From Monocercomonoides exilis PA203 (taxonomy: Eukaryota; Protista; Preaxostyla), in the NCBI GenBank assembly GCA_001643675.2, contig LSRY02000019.1:806001-870000 (forward strand): a DNA stretch of 64,000 nt, given 5' to 3'. Positions 12,161 through 24,131 of this stretch are shown one piece after another. The position numbers were made by a program, and so were the translations under genes. The notes under the pieces were generated by a model that saw nothing but the letters and a program-made list of their open reading frames with translations, made no database searches and was not told where the DNA came from. Position 1 is the first letter of the stretch. Each line of letters starts with the position of its first letter.

Positions 12161-13928
12161 TTAATTGTTCACAATAAACAATTAAACGGAATATTTTCAT
12201 GTTGCCTTTTGATATTTCTTAATAATATTTCACTATTCCTACTTCAATTTACACAAATCACTTTTCAATCATGAAACCTTTATGAAACACCGATTTTTGA
12301 AATTCCGCTACGTTTATAATTTGTTAGTTTTGCAATTAAAAACATGTAACATTCAAGCAATTTTCACGAAAGAAGCTTTATTGACAAAAAATATTCTAAT
12401 GATGTTTTCATTGATAAAAATCACATTTATACGGAACGATGTGATCAATTTTTATATTTTTCAACTTAAACAAATTTTTTTATATTTGAATATAGAAAGT
12501 GAAATATAATCACATTTCTATATAAATTGGAGGAAAATATGGACTTTCAAGCTTTTTATGCACAAAGCACGAAATAATTGATTCACTTATAACACTATTA
12601 ATCTTTAATAGATTTCAAATAAATTTGATTTTCATTTTTGAAAGCAAACGCCATTGATATGATAACATTATGTTGTGTGACATCACATGTATTTCAAAAA
12701 ATAAACCCATTTTTTTTAAATTTTTTGATCACAAACAGTTCATCTTCGATGCATAATTATTCAATGATAATTCCTGAAGACAAATACATTGTCCCATTTG
12801 TGTGATGAAATGCGTACAAAGCACGAATTACAAATTCTATTAACATATGGATGATTTTTTATCAAAAAATTCCCACAAAAAAAATTGTTCAAATAAATCA
12901 ATTATTTCTATTCTGTTCGGAATAATGCTTAATTGAGAGATAAACTCCACACAAAGGTGAAGACGAGTCCGAGCGAACGCCGAAAGCGAGACAGGCTCCA
13001 ACAAACTTGTTTCATTAAACAATAACTCGAAAATCATGGTTTCAAAAACAAAAAGAATAATACGTAATTATTAAACTCTATGAAAATCCAGATCTGTGAT
13101 TTTAAAAATTACATAATGGTTAGCTTCTTTCTGATTTCGTTTTTCAAAAATATATTTCTTAAATTTGAGATGAAGAAGTTTTGCTTCGAGTGGAAATTGA
13201 ACATGAAGAAACTGGAAAAATCAAAAAAAATTGTCAGAAACAATTTTGAGGAGGAAATACACAAAAAGGAGAAGGAAGAGTGAAGTTTTAAAAATTATGC
13301 ATGTTTGGTTGAAGCAGAGAAGACAGTTGCGAGAATATTGATGAAGATACCGAATAAGATAGCAATAGTGAAGATAAAGATAATTGAGTTGAAGAATGTT
13401 GAGTTGAGAAAGATTTTGATAAGCAAAAAGTGATGGAAAATCAATTGATGATGAAGCTTTGTGAATGTTTGTAGATTTCCATTAAGAGGGAAGATGTCAT
13501 AAAGAAGTGAATTCAATGTTTTCATGATCGTGAAGTTCATTTTCAGTTTTTCTTTGATTTTCATTATCTTTTCTATTTCTTTCTTCTCGTTTCTTACCTG
13601 CATTTTTTTTTTCTTTTCATTATCTTTTTCACTTGTAGTTGCACTTGAGTATGGGATACATCTTTCCACTAAAACTTCACAAATTAATTAATGATGGTAT
13701 GTTGTTGATGAAAATGTTGTTTTTTCAAAGTATAAAACATCAATATGAATCAAAAAATAAAAACTATACTGAATCGTTATTAAGAAATACTGAAGAACAT
13801 GAAGTTGTCGGTGATAATGAATTCAATCTATTTCTTTGTTTTTCCAAATCCTTCGAATTAACTTCTTTTTTTAACTTTATGCTTTCTGATATTTTCAACT
13901 TGCAACTCAGCAAATATATAAATAAATT

Positions 13929-14167
13929 GTTCAATTTTTTTTTGAAAAGTTCCTTTTGTTTTATTACATTTAAAATAAAAATTTCATTTTTCAATCAAAT
14001 TTCTGTTTCCACTCACGAATTTTCACTGAAAAGTATGAAATAGCATTATCAAGTTTTAACATCTATTCTAATGTAGTTTCGTTTGTGGAAACAGAATTTT
14101 GATTGAAATATGAAATTTTTATTCTATTTGTAAAAAAACAAAAAAATGTTTTCAAAAAAATTTAGAC
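13929..14167. mobile_element. ~240-bp palindromic MITE, copy 1 (GTCT/AGAC-end subtype)
   Basis: Inverted arms (TTTTTGAAAAG...TTCTGTTTCCAC / GTGGAAACAGAA...TTTTCAAAAAA). Flanks are AATT/AGTT. Homologous to four other copies. Confidence 0.75.
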
Positions 14168-14699
14168 AGTTAATTTTTTGACACAATTTGTCATTGACAG
14201 TCACTGACGGTCACTGACATAAGAGAAAAAACGACAAAATATTACAGATGCTGTCAATAAATTTTTTACAAAGTGCTTCAAAAAGACTTTAAAAGTTTTC
14301 GCTATCATTTGTTTTATTTTTATCAAATACAATTTTATTTATTTTAAAAAAAAATTTTTTTTGTGACAGACGAGACTTCAAGTGATTTGTCAGGTCATAG
14401 AGGAATAGTTTTATTATTGACCTCCATCTATTTGATTTTCAATTTGCAGTGACTCTTTATCAAAAAAAAAAAAACCCATATTTGAAATAATTACCTCCAT
14501 ATTGTATACAACCATCTTTTCGATATTACAGACAAAATTGTATTTTATTTACTTTCCTATGATAATAACTGAAGAATTAACCGACAATTTTTGTTTATTA
14601 TTTTTTATTTTTATTCAATTTTAATTTTTATTTTCAATTTACTAAAAATGGAAATTAAATTTTGCAAAGAAGAGATTTAAAAAATTGGTTGTCAGTGAA

Positions 14700-15460
14700 T
14701 CACAAATGATGTCAAATGGAAATAACATACCAGTTCTTGACATATTGTTATCGATGAGATGTATTAAAAAGGCATTTAAATGCTGTTAATGTGAAAAATT
14801 GATGAATCTTACCATTCAAAAGCCTAAAAGCGATTATTATATCTTTAAATGTTCCTCATGTGGATAAGAATTCAGTTGGAATTAAGAATTTTTGTTTTCT
14901 GATTTCAATATCACCATTTTGCACGATGTCACTGTTTTATCATTTTTGGTACAAGCATTCCGTTGATGAAATTGTTGCTGAAACAGAAATTTCAGAAAGT
15001 GCAGTTTTGAAGTTTTTCGGAAAGATTACGTAACTCTTGTTATTATTTTGAATCTTTTGATTTTGAAAAAAATTGGAAAGAATAGAAAAGTGGAAATGGA
15101 TGAAACATTGATTCATAAAAGAAAAAAATGGAGAAGGCAGAGTGAAAGAGCAACAGTGGTTGTGGGGTGCAGTTGAAAGGAAATTGGAGGTTAAATCACA
15201 AAAATTGAGACTTGAATTAGTTCCTGACAGAAAAGAAGACACATAATTATATTTCATTAAGAAAAACATTGACATCTCAGCAGAAATCTATAGCGATAAA
15301 TGGTCTGCTTATAGTGGAATTAAACAATGTGAATATACGCATTACAGAATAAATCATTCAGAGCATTTTTCTGATCCAGCTGATGAAACAGTACATTCAC
15401 AAACCATTGAGAGTATGTGGTCACATTTGAATCTTCATCTTCCATTTAGAGGTAGAACTA
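14700..15460 (+). pseudogene. IS1595/Merlin-family transposase remnant related to the 2308-3926 copy
   Basis: YHFWYKHSVDEIV (compare YHFWYTHSVEETV), VEMDET, EQQWLWGAVER, IYSDKWSAY and INHSEHFSD..VHSQTIESMWSHL. Confidence 0.85.
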
Positions 15461-15546
15461 ATGAAAAAACAAAAGAATGCTCCCTCGAATTTTAATACAG
15501 ATGTAATAATAATGGTACGTTCTTCAGTTTTCTCAACTATATTTCG

Positions 15547-15574
15547 AAAAAAAAAAAAAAAAAAAAAAAAAAAT

Positions 15575-15602
<28 letters not shown>
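15547..15602. repeat. Poly(A) tract
   Basis: About 55 A with one T. Confidence 0.9.
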
Positions 15603-15605
<3 letters not shown>

Positions 15606-16759
15606 AATTTTCAGTAAAAAGTGCTCATCCATTTTTCCTTCACAAATTTAAAAATCTTCAATAAAAAACTTCATTTTTAACATACTAAATAATACTATTT
15701 ATTTTCTTATCAAAAAAATAAATAATTAAAAATATATATCCACATTTTTGTTTATTTCAAAAACAATTACTTCCATTTTTTGACTTGATCAATTATCAAA
15801 ATAGTATTCTCAATAATTCAAATCACGAACAATAATCACAAAAATACAACTTTAAAACTTATATCAACACAAAATACATTTTTCAAAAAAACTATAAATA
15901 TTAATATTATTAATCCAAAACACTTTCTATTCAATTCAAAAATGTGAATAAATATAAATTACCATTATTCATTTCAGTTTTCAACAATATCTTTCAAAAA
16001 TATTCAATTTGAAAAGGGATTGAAATGGAAAACATTAACTTTGATTTATAACAAAAATATATTTGCCTAAGAAAAAATACATTTTTGTCAAAAAAGAATA
16101 AAAAATGTTAATAAAAATCTAGATATATTCTGTTTACTGTTGTCTTTCAAATAATTACTGTTTTTACAAAATAAAAATTATATTTATTCAAATGTTAAAT
16201 ATTTAATTTCAATTTTTAATTTTAATTTGGTATTTTGGTGAAAATATATTTTCCATTTTCAAAGAAAACAAAATTTATCACACAACGTTTATAATAGATA
16301 TGTTGAATATATTGTTCGAATACGTTTTTTGCAAAATTGAATGATTTTGTTTCTTTTGAAGTTAATTTTTTTAACAAAATTTGTGAATGAAATTTAAAAT
16401 ATCGAGATGGTTATTTTAGAATATATTAATTTTTGTTGTTATAATAATATTTTTTTAATTATCTCTATGAAGAGCTTAAGTTTTTTTGTTATTCTCATAA
16501 ATAAAAGAAAAAATTTGTGTTTTGCAAAGAAAATAAATGAACGAACGTTTTTGTTTTTTGAGGTGGAAAACAACAACGTTTTTTTTCTGAAATAAAAGAT
16601 AAATTTGAAAGTTATATAAATCATTAGTTTATCATTCTTAAGAAGAATGTTATTATTTAAATAGAATTTGTTTGACAGTCACTTGTGAAAGGAAAAAAAA
16701 GACATCAATTTCAAATCCGAAGATCACAAAACATTGAAGAAGCTTTTTCAAAAAAAATG

Positions 16760-17990
16760 ACCATGCGATTACAATCGATCTTTCTCAAGCCCACTTTCTT
16801 ATCACGGTGCACCAAGACTTCACCCCATTTATTAGTGTCAAATTCAGAGAGGACACATACGATTTCAAAGGAAAGCCCTTCGGCTACAAAGACGCGCGCC
16901 GCATTTTCACACGCGTTATGAGAAAGGTCACTCAGTAAATACGAAAAAGATGGGGCCTGCGCTGCCTAGCTCACTTTGACGATATCGAACTGCTTCATCA
17001 AGACCCAAACAAGCTTCAGACAGCAACGAAAGAGATAACCGCATGGCTTGGAAGGCTTGGACTGTTGGTCAACTTCGACATGAGCAGGCTACAGACGAGA
17101 CAGACATTCGACTATCTGGGATAGATGAGGAGGACGAAGAAAGGTACAGTCAGCTTGGAACAAGAGAGATGCAGGTCTCTGAGGAAGGAGTGCAAACGGT
17201 GGATGAGGCTTGTAAGGAGAAACGCGGAAGTCCGGATCAGGAGCTTTGCATCGTTTGGAGGTCTTATCAGCGCAACACGGTTCGTCATGAGAGACACTTC
17301 GCTTCAAATGAACAGACTATACCAGGCCCTCAACAGAGCTGTGACGAAGGAACGATGGAATGCGACGATGAGAGTCAACCCCTCTATCATCAAACAAATA
17401 TATGGATGGAAGAAAAGACTAACCAAGAAGGAACAAAGGCCATGGATATCATTCGCAGCCCCCCTGGCGGTTCTTACTAAGGATGCGGCACCCCGGGCTT
17501 GTGGTTCCACGCTAAGGATCAATGGAGACTTGTTTCACTTTCACCAACCTTTCAACAAGGCCTTTTTCAGCCAATCCTCCAACTTCAAGGAGATGTTGGC
17601 TGTCTTAATGTCCCTCAAGCACTTCCTCCCACTTATCCTTGGGCGCCACATACACACAATCTTGCCAAGATCAGACAACACGACAGTGGTCTTCGACATC
17701 ACTCGCTGGGCAGAGGGAACGAATCTCCTTTCTCTACTAAGGAAAATACGACAAATGACATGAGAACGGAACATTCAGATGGGAGCGGTTCACCTCCAGG
17801 GAGTAAAGAACGAGACCGCGGACTCCTTATCAAGACTCCAGCGTGCAGGAGATTACGAGATCACATGCAAAGCGCTTAAACATCAAGAAAGAATCTCAGA
17901 CGTGAACATCGAGATGAACGCCTTCGCAAGCGAAAGGAATATTACATCAGATGCCTTGCTTAGACCAAGATGCACAGGAGATAAAGAAAT
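16760..17990 (+). pseudogene. DIRS-like (tyrosine-recombinase class) retrotransposon RT-RNase H remnant
   Basis: RT motifs IDLSQAH, KPFG...RIFTRVMRKV and HFDDI. RNase H motifs TKDAA, SSNFKEMLAV, SDNTTVV and HLQGVKNETADSLSR, followed by a degenerate xFAS..N motif like the DIRS methyltransferase-like region. No recombinase or LTR is visible. Confidence 0.78.
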
Positions 17991-18656
17991 TTCAATTAAA
18001 GTGATGGAGAATCAAGAGCAACAATCGAACAGAGGCTTGATCAATATTTTTTTCGTGAACGAGAATATCACAATACAAATAAACAGATAATGAGAAATAA
18101 TTCTTATTTCAGAGGTTGATTTTCATTCACTTTTATGTTGAGGAAATAGAATTGGTTCATTCACTGATTCCTATGTTTTTATCTATCTTGATGAAGATTT
18201 TAATTGTTCAATGAGAGATTGTTCATATTTCTTTTATATTCAAAGATCCTAATTTGGAATTCAATGATGTTTGCCATGAACACTTAAATCGAGATCTGGA
18301 GGAGTGTATTGGATATTTTGAAAATCTGAACAAAATCACAATCTCTTTGAGTAGTTTTCCCTCTTTGATAGTTTTAAATTGCAAGATTATAAGAGCTGTT
18401 CAAAAAAGGGAAAGAACTTATAATAATCAAAGAATTGAATAATCGAAAAACCACAATAAATTTCATTAAGAGTGTATTTCAGAATAAAACAATTAACATG
18501 TTCTTATCAACTCCTATCCTTTCCCCATATGGTGCGATATATAATACTTCAGGCAATTTCATAAATAAATTTCGAACTGTAGCTCAACTTTTTGAGATCA
18601 AAAAGAACAAATTAAACATATTTGATTTATAAAATATTTGTGAAAAATAAACAATT

Positions 18657-19053
18657 CAGATATCACATACAATACCGGACATCGCACAAAATACCGGACA
18701 AGATCGATTTCACAACAACTGCAAAAGGAATAATGCTGACAATTTTCCTCAAAACATACCTCGTCAATGAAAGCTCACATGATATACAAGACTTTCAAAA
18801 CCGCTTTATTTATGCTCAGAAAATAATAATTATGAAAATCTCTGAGAAATAGGATTTTGAGTTACTCCGAGATATAAATAATAATTTTTTCTGAGCATAA
18901 ACGAGGAAGTTTTGAAAGTTTGACATTTTAAATGAGTATGTATTGATGAGATATATTTTGAGGAAAATTGTCAGAATTATTCCTCTTGCGGTTATTGAGT
19001 TATCGATCTTGTCCGGCATTTTGTGCGATGTCCGGTATTTTATGCGATATCTG
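18657..19053. mobile_element. ~400-bp foldback/MITE element with CAG...CTG ends
   Basis: Arms of ~190 bp are imperfect reverse complements (CAGATATC..ATACCGGACATCGCACAAAAT / ATTTTGTGCGATGTCCGGTAT..GATATCTG). The right flank is TA. Confidence 0.78.
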
Positions 19054-19204
19054 TATGTGTCGATCACATTCATTATTTGAAACAAATATGAAATTTTGAT
19101 TTATTCAGAAATTGAAGAATAATATTTAAAGATGTTTTGAAACACAGTTTATAAGCCTTGTTCAAAATTTTTGTTATTAAAAATCAATATTTCATTTATT
19201 CAAA

Positions 19205-19248
<44 letters not shown>
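19205..19248. repeat. (AAT)n microsatellite
   Basis: Perfect AAT tandem run. Confidence 0.95.
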
Positions 19249-19251
<3 letters not shown>

Positions 19252-19379
19252 GTTGTTTCAAGATATCTTCTAAAAGGTGATACGCTATCTTCGATTTAAT
19301 ATTAATATAAAAACATCATTCTTCTTGAAACCAGAAAATCAAATTTCGAATAATAAATGCAAAAACAAGTCGAAAAATT

Positions 19380-19452
19380 TGGAGATGCCGGGCTTTGATC
19401 CCAGTGCCTCTCGCATGCTAAGCGAACGATCTACCAATTGATCTACATCCCC
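19380..19452 (-). tRNA. tRNA-Ala (anticodon AGC)
   Basis: Reverse complement GGGGATGTAGATCAATTGGTAGATCGTTCGCTTAGCATGCGAGAGGCACTGGGATCAAAGCCCGGCATCTCCA folds as a cloverleaf with the G3:U70 Ala identity pair, AGC anticodon and A73. Confidence 0.92.
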
Positions 19453-22023
19453 TTATATATAGTTGAACTTGTTCGAATTTTCCCTGCCGCACTGAATTGA
19501 TTGAAGAAATACGAATTTTATCTGACTTTTTGAATGTGACTCAATCTCATTGGATGTTCCTCAATCTCTTTATGGTCGACACAGTTATTTTTATGATCAC
19601 AACTTTTGATCATTCATTTTTTTTTTGTTTTCCTTTCAAATACTACCAGAACATGTTCGTCGTTGATGTTTTGATTTGTTGTTGTATTATTGATTGTTTT
19701 TGCATGCGCAACCGATTTTTAAGTTATTTTCAAGTTTGATTCAGTTTTTTAGTGAACTTGTTGTATCGGTTTTTTGTGTTAACAAGTTTTATTTTTAAAG
19801 TGAATCAAACTGTAATCTATTCTTTTTAACTATCAAAAGAATATTTGATTGAATAACTGATGAGTTTTTGTTTTTTGTAAAGGATCCTAAATTTTTTTGG
19901 TTTTCACATTTGTTGTTTGTTTTTTACTCAACACTCAAAAAAAATTTTTTTATATTTTTGTTAATAAATCAAATGAGAAATTAATAAAATATTTTGTTTT
20001 TTGTTATTTTATTCTTTTTCAACTTTTTTTTCAGGAATTTTTAAAAAACAACAAACACTTAAAGAAAAAAGAAAATAGTGAAATGAAACACTAGAAAACG
20101 AATCAATATTATGCAATAATGTTGTTTTTATGAAAAAATTTAAAAGATATTTATTCTCCTTAAATGTTTTTTTTATGATTTTGTTAATTTCAAAAAGTTT
20201 CTGTAAAATAATTATAAAAACATTTTTTCATTTTGTTATAAATACAAATTAATCAAAAAGATTTCCATTTTGATAAAAATAAACCAATAAATATTGATCG
20301 ATCACAACGTCCAAATTAATAAGTTATGAATGTGATTAAATCACATCGGTATTGTGTCAATCTTGTTGGTACGAGATCGTTCTCGTACCAAAAAGAAAAT
20401 ATTAATACGATATAACTAAAAAAATTCGTATTAGTTCAAGTATAACTTGATTGATTTGACTAAGTCACGAAAATGTGACTCAGTCAAATCGATTTTTGTC
20501 TGGTTTATCGAATTTTGCTAATTTTTATCGAATTTCTCTCAATCTCACCAAGGGCGAAATTGTAATTTTTATGATCACAAATTGTGATCGTTCATTTTTT
20601 TGTTTTGTTTATATTTTGACCTTTAAAATCATGTTGATGTTTATTTTTTGATATGTTGTTTGTTAAATTATGTATTTTTAGTATTTAACTATTTTTTTGT
20701 TGTTTTCTTATTTTGATTCTGGTTTTTTGAAACTTTAAAATTTCGCAATTGTGATTCAGTTGTTAACTTTTTTCTGTTGAAATTGAGTCAAATTTGTTTA
20801 TATTTTGAACAAAAAACATTTTCATATTCTTTTTTTTGTAAATTATTAATATTTATAAAAAATTTAACTTTTTTGTGTTTTCTTAACTGTTGTGTGTTTA
20901 TTAATCAATCATTGTTTGATATTTTTTCATTTCGAATAAAAATTGAAAAGAAGATATGATTCTAAAGCTTCTTTTTTTGTATTTTTTCTTTTTTCAGAAA
21001 AATATTTCGAAATGTTTAAAATAAATGAAACTTGTTCTCAAGATTGAAAAATGAAATGAAATTAACTTATATCATTTTTATTAATCACCAATAATCATTC
21101 TCAAACAAAAATAATAAGAATTTCCAGGTTTTTCCGAATAATTGCAATAAATTTTAAAAAACTTAAAGAATAAAAAATTATTTAGCATGAAAAATCATTA
21201 TATTCAATCAAAATGATATAAAATTGAACGCAATTTATTAATTTTAATTTTAATTTTTTATGAAAATTCTTTGATCTTGAAACCCAGAATTGAAAACATC
21301 GGATGTGACTGAGTCACATCCAATTTGACTGCGTCTCAATGGCATTAGATCGATCTTATTGGATGTTGACCGATCTAATGCCACTTGACGCAGTCAAATC
21401 AAGTTCTAGTTAAATTTTTCTGAATTTATCTTATCAATACATATTGTTATTGCAAATTCGTATTTAATCAATTATTTCAGTTTTGAGTCTGTCAAAACGG
21501 TTTTCTGTCAATCTTTTTTGATCTTCAGATATTTTCTTTTTTATTTTTTTTATCTGATCATAATTTTTTATTTCTTTATAATTTCTTATGAAAGACAATG
21601 ATCAAAGTTTTGAAACGCTGGAATCAGTAATTATAATTTATTAGCGATACATTTATGAAATGTTTGATTATCATCTTTCACTCTGATTCTGTGACATTTT
21701 TATCTCTAAAGTCTACGTTTTTTGAAGATGTGAGAGTTTTCTAATTTAAAAACGAAGTTATTATGTTTTCCCCATATAACTCTGAAGCTTTCCATTTGTT
21801 GTTAATTGCGATTTTAGTGTTTTTCACAAAAAAATATGAATATCAATAATGTTTGCAATGCTTTTTTATGAAAACAACAAAACAAGAGTTTTTTCTATGA
21901 AGAAATTTATTGCTTTTTTATATATTACAAGAAAAAAATGAAAAGTTTCAAAACTGTTCATTGTTATATTATTTTTTGAGGTGCCTGAACAAAAGATGAA
22001 AAATAATAATAATAAACAGTTCT

Positions 22024-23552
22024 AATGTTGACAATTCAGAAAAAACTGAAGGGGTGTTTGATTAGGTTTTCTGGTTGAATTTTGTGTTGAAGATGATGAA
22101 GCGGATGAGGAAGATGATGGAATTGAAGGAAACTGTTGTGAGGAAGGTGGAAAAAGTTTGCTTACAGATTTCAATTGATTTGGCTTAAACCATGACAAAG
22201 AATTATCAGTATTTTGAGGTTGAATGTGCTCGTCCCTTCCACTACTCAGCAAATCTGATCTCTGCTGCTCTCTTTGGATAATAACTTTCTCTTGTTCATT
22301 TTCTCTTTTTTCTTTGACTTTTTACATTGCGAATGTCTCATCTGAGCTATCTGAATTAAAATTAAATATTAATATGGGCGACGAGAAGGAAAAAAAGTCA
22401 ATAAATCAGAAAATAAATGCAATATGGGTATTTAAGTGTTCAAAAAACTTGTTGATTCTGCAGTTAAAGACGTAATTGTGGGAGTTAATGAATCTTTTGG
22501 ATTAAGTTTGTTTCCTTATCTGGCTAGGTATCTTTCATTTGCATTGCTCTTCGCTTCCTGTTTTCGAAGATATTCGCTTTTCATTCCATTCAAAAATCTT
22601 GAATTTGCTTCAGCAACATTCTTTGTGTGTGTAGTGTGTAATATATGCATATATGAGAGGAAGCGTTCATAGTTTAAAATAGTTTGCAAACCTTCACTTC
22701 ATCAAATATCCAGGGTTTTCTGAAGACTGTTAGGAGCGTTTTGAGTCTTCCAGAAAATCTTTCCACAATAACACGAATATTGTCAAAATCGAGAGTAAAA
22801 ACAAACTTTGTTTAGATTGTTTCCAGCTCCGGTTTTGCTCAGACAAAAACTGAATCAGCTAAGATCTTTGCTCTTCTCTACAAATGTTCAAAGATCAAAT
22901 AGTGTTCTTTGAAAATTGCAAAAACATGAGTTGATCCAGTATGAAAAAAGCTTCAAGTGCTAGCCGTTCCCTCCTTGGGGTTTTCTTCCTCCTCCGCTTT
23001 AATACCGGAAATGTGATGCTTTGTTGATTAATTCTTTTCCCCATATTCAAACATTCCTCAAAGTGTATTTGTAGGTATTATTGAACAATCAACATCAATT
23101 CCCACATCTTTCAACTCCTCCAAATTATCAGGACGAAAAGAAACAAAAAGTTCTGTCAGTTGATGTTTGATTGATTATGCTGGAGAGTTAAATAGACGAA
23201 CAACCGAACTTTGTGTTTCATATTTTTATTTCTCCAACAACGACGTCATTGTGAGTGAACCATGATGAAGATAATAAACAAGAAAGAAAAATTGCTCCCC
23301 CAAAGAATTAATTGCTTCAACCTTCCCACGATGAAATAGTGAATCATCTGGAAAAATCCTAATTGACATGTCAACTTAAGATCACAAAAAGCCCTTGAGT
23401 CGAAAGAATTTTCAAAATCGGTTCATCATATCTTTGTATGCAGTTTCGATAATTAATAAGTTTTCTTTTCTTTTTGTCGATTCAAAATGTTAAGAAATTG
23501 CATTTCTTCTTCCCACACACTCCAATGCATTCAAAAGTTGAGATTGATTCAT
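22024..23552 (-). pseudogene. PIF/Harbinger-type (DDE_Tnp_4-like) transposase pseudogene, copy A
   Basis: Minus strand reads GSTHVFAIFKEHY...KILADS...RVIVERFSGRLKTL, collinear with the 34675-35232 ORF. Both copies share the N-terminal RNAIS and a C-terminal KxxANExYxxR segment. Many stops. Confidence 0.78.
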
Positions 23553-23887
23553 TCAAAAAAAATATTTAAAATGAAGATAACAGCAATTTTCTGAATATAC
23601 AATATTTTTATTATCATTCTCCCATGAAAATGAGAATTGTTCCAGACTCAATCATATCTATTTCAAGTTTGATTTTTTGGTTCTATTATCTTTTTGAAGG
23701 TCACAGTCAATTCTAATATCGCATTTCTCAGTCACATTGTTTGAGATATTTTTTTTTAAAAACAAAAATTTGATCAAAATAGATAATTAATGTTTTGCTA
23801 TTGTGAAAACAAATATGATTGAGAAAAAATGAAATTGAAATATTCAAAAATAGTTTAAATTAATTAGAAAATAAAAAAAGAACATAT

Positions 23888-24127
23888 GTCTAAAATTTTT
23901 TGAAAAGTTCCTTTTGTTCAATTTTCAAATAGAATAAAAATTTCATATTTCGATCAAATTTTTGTTTCCACTCACCAAATTTTGCTATCATGTCAACAAA
24001 ATATTGACAATGTTATTATTTCCATTTTTGTGAATTATCATGATTGGGAACAAAAATTTGACCGAAATATGAAATTTTTATTCTATTTGAAAATTATACA
24101 GAAGGAACTTTTCAAAAAAATTAAGAC
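23888..24127. mobile_element. 240-bp palindromic MITE, copy 2 (GTCT/AGAC-end subtype), ATAT TSD
   Basis: Inverted arms, with ATAT at 23884-23887 and 24128-24131. Confidence 0.88.
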
Positions 24128-24131
24128 ATAT

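Noticed and set aside
15461-15664. Poly-Lys ORFs here and at 41534-41999
   Set aside because: They are translations of A-rich tracts.
18622-19085. Two similar convergent ORFs (YRTSHKxPDKID)
   Set aside because: They are the two arms of one inverted repeat read on opposite strands.
19530-21560. CRISPR-like array
   Set aside because: There are no identical, regularly spaced repeats with unique spacers and no cas genes, and the context is eukaryotic.
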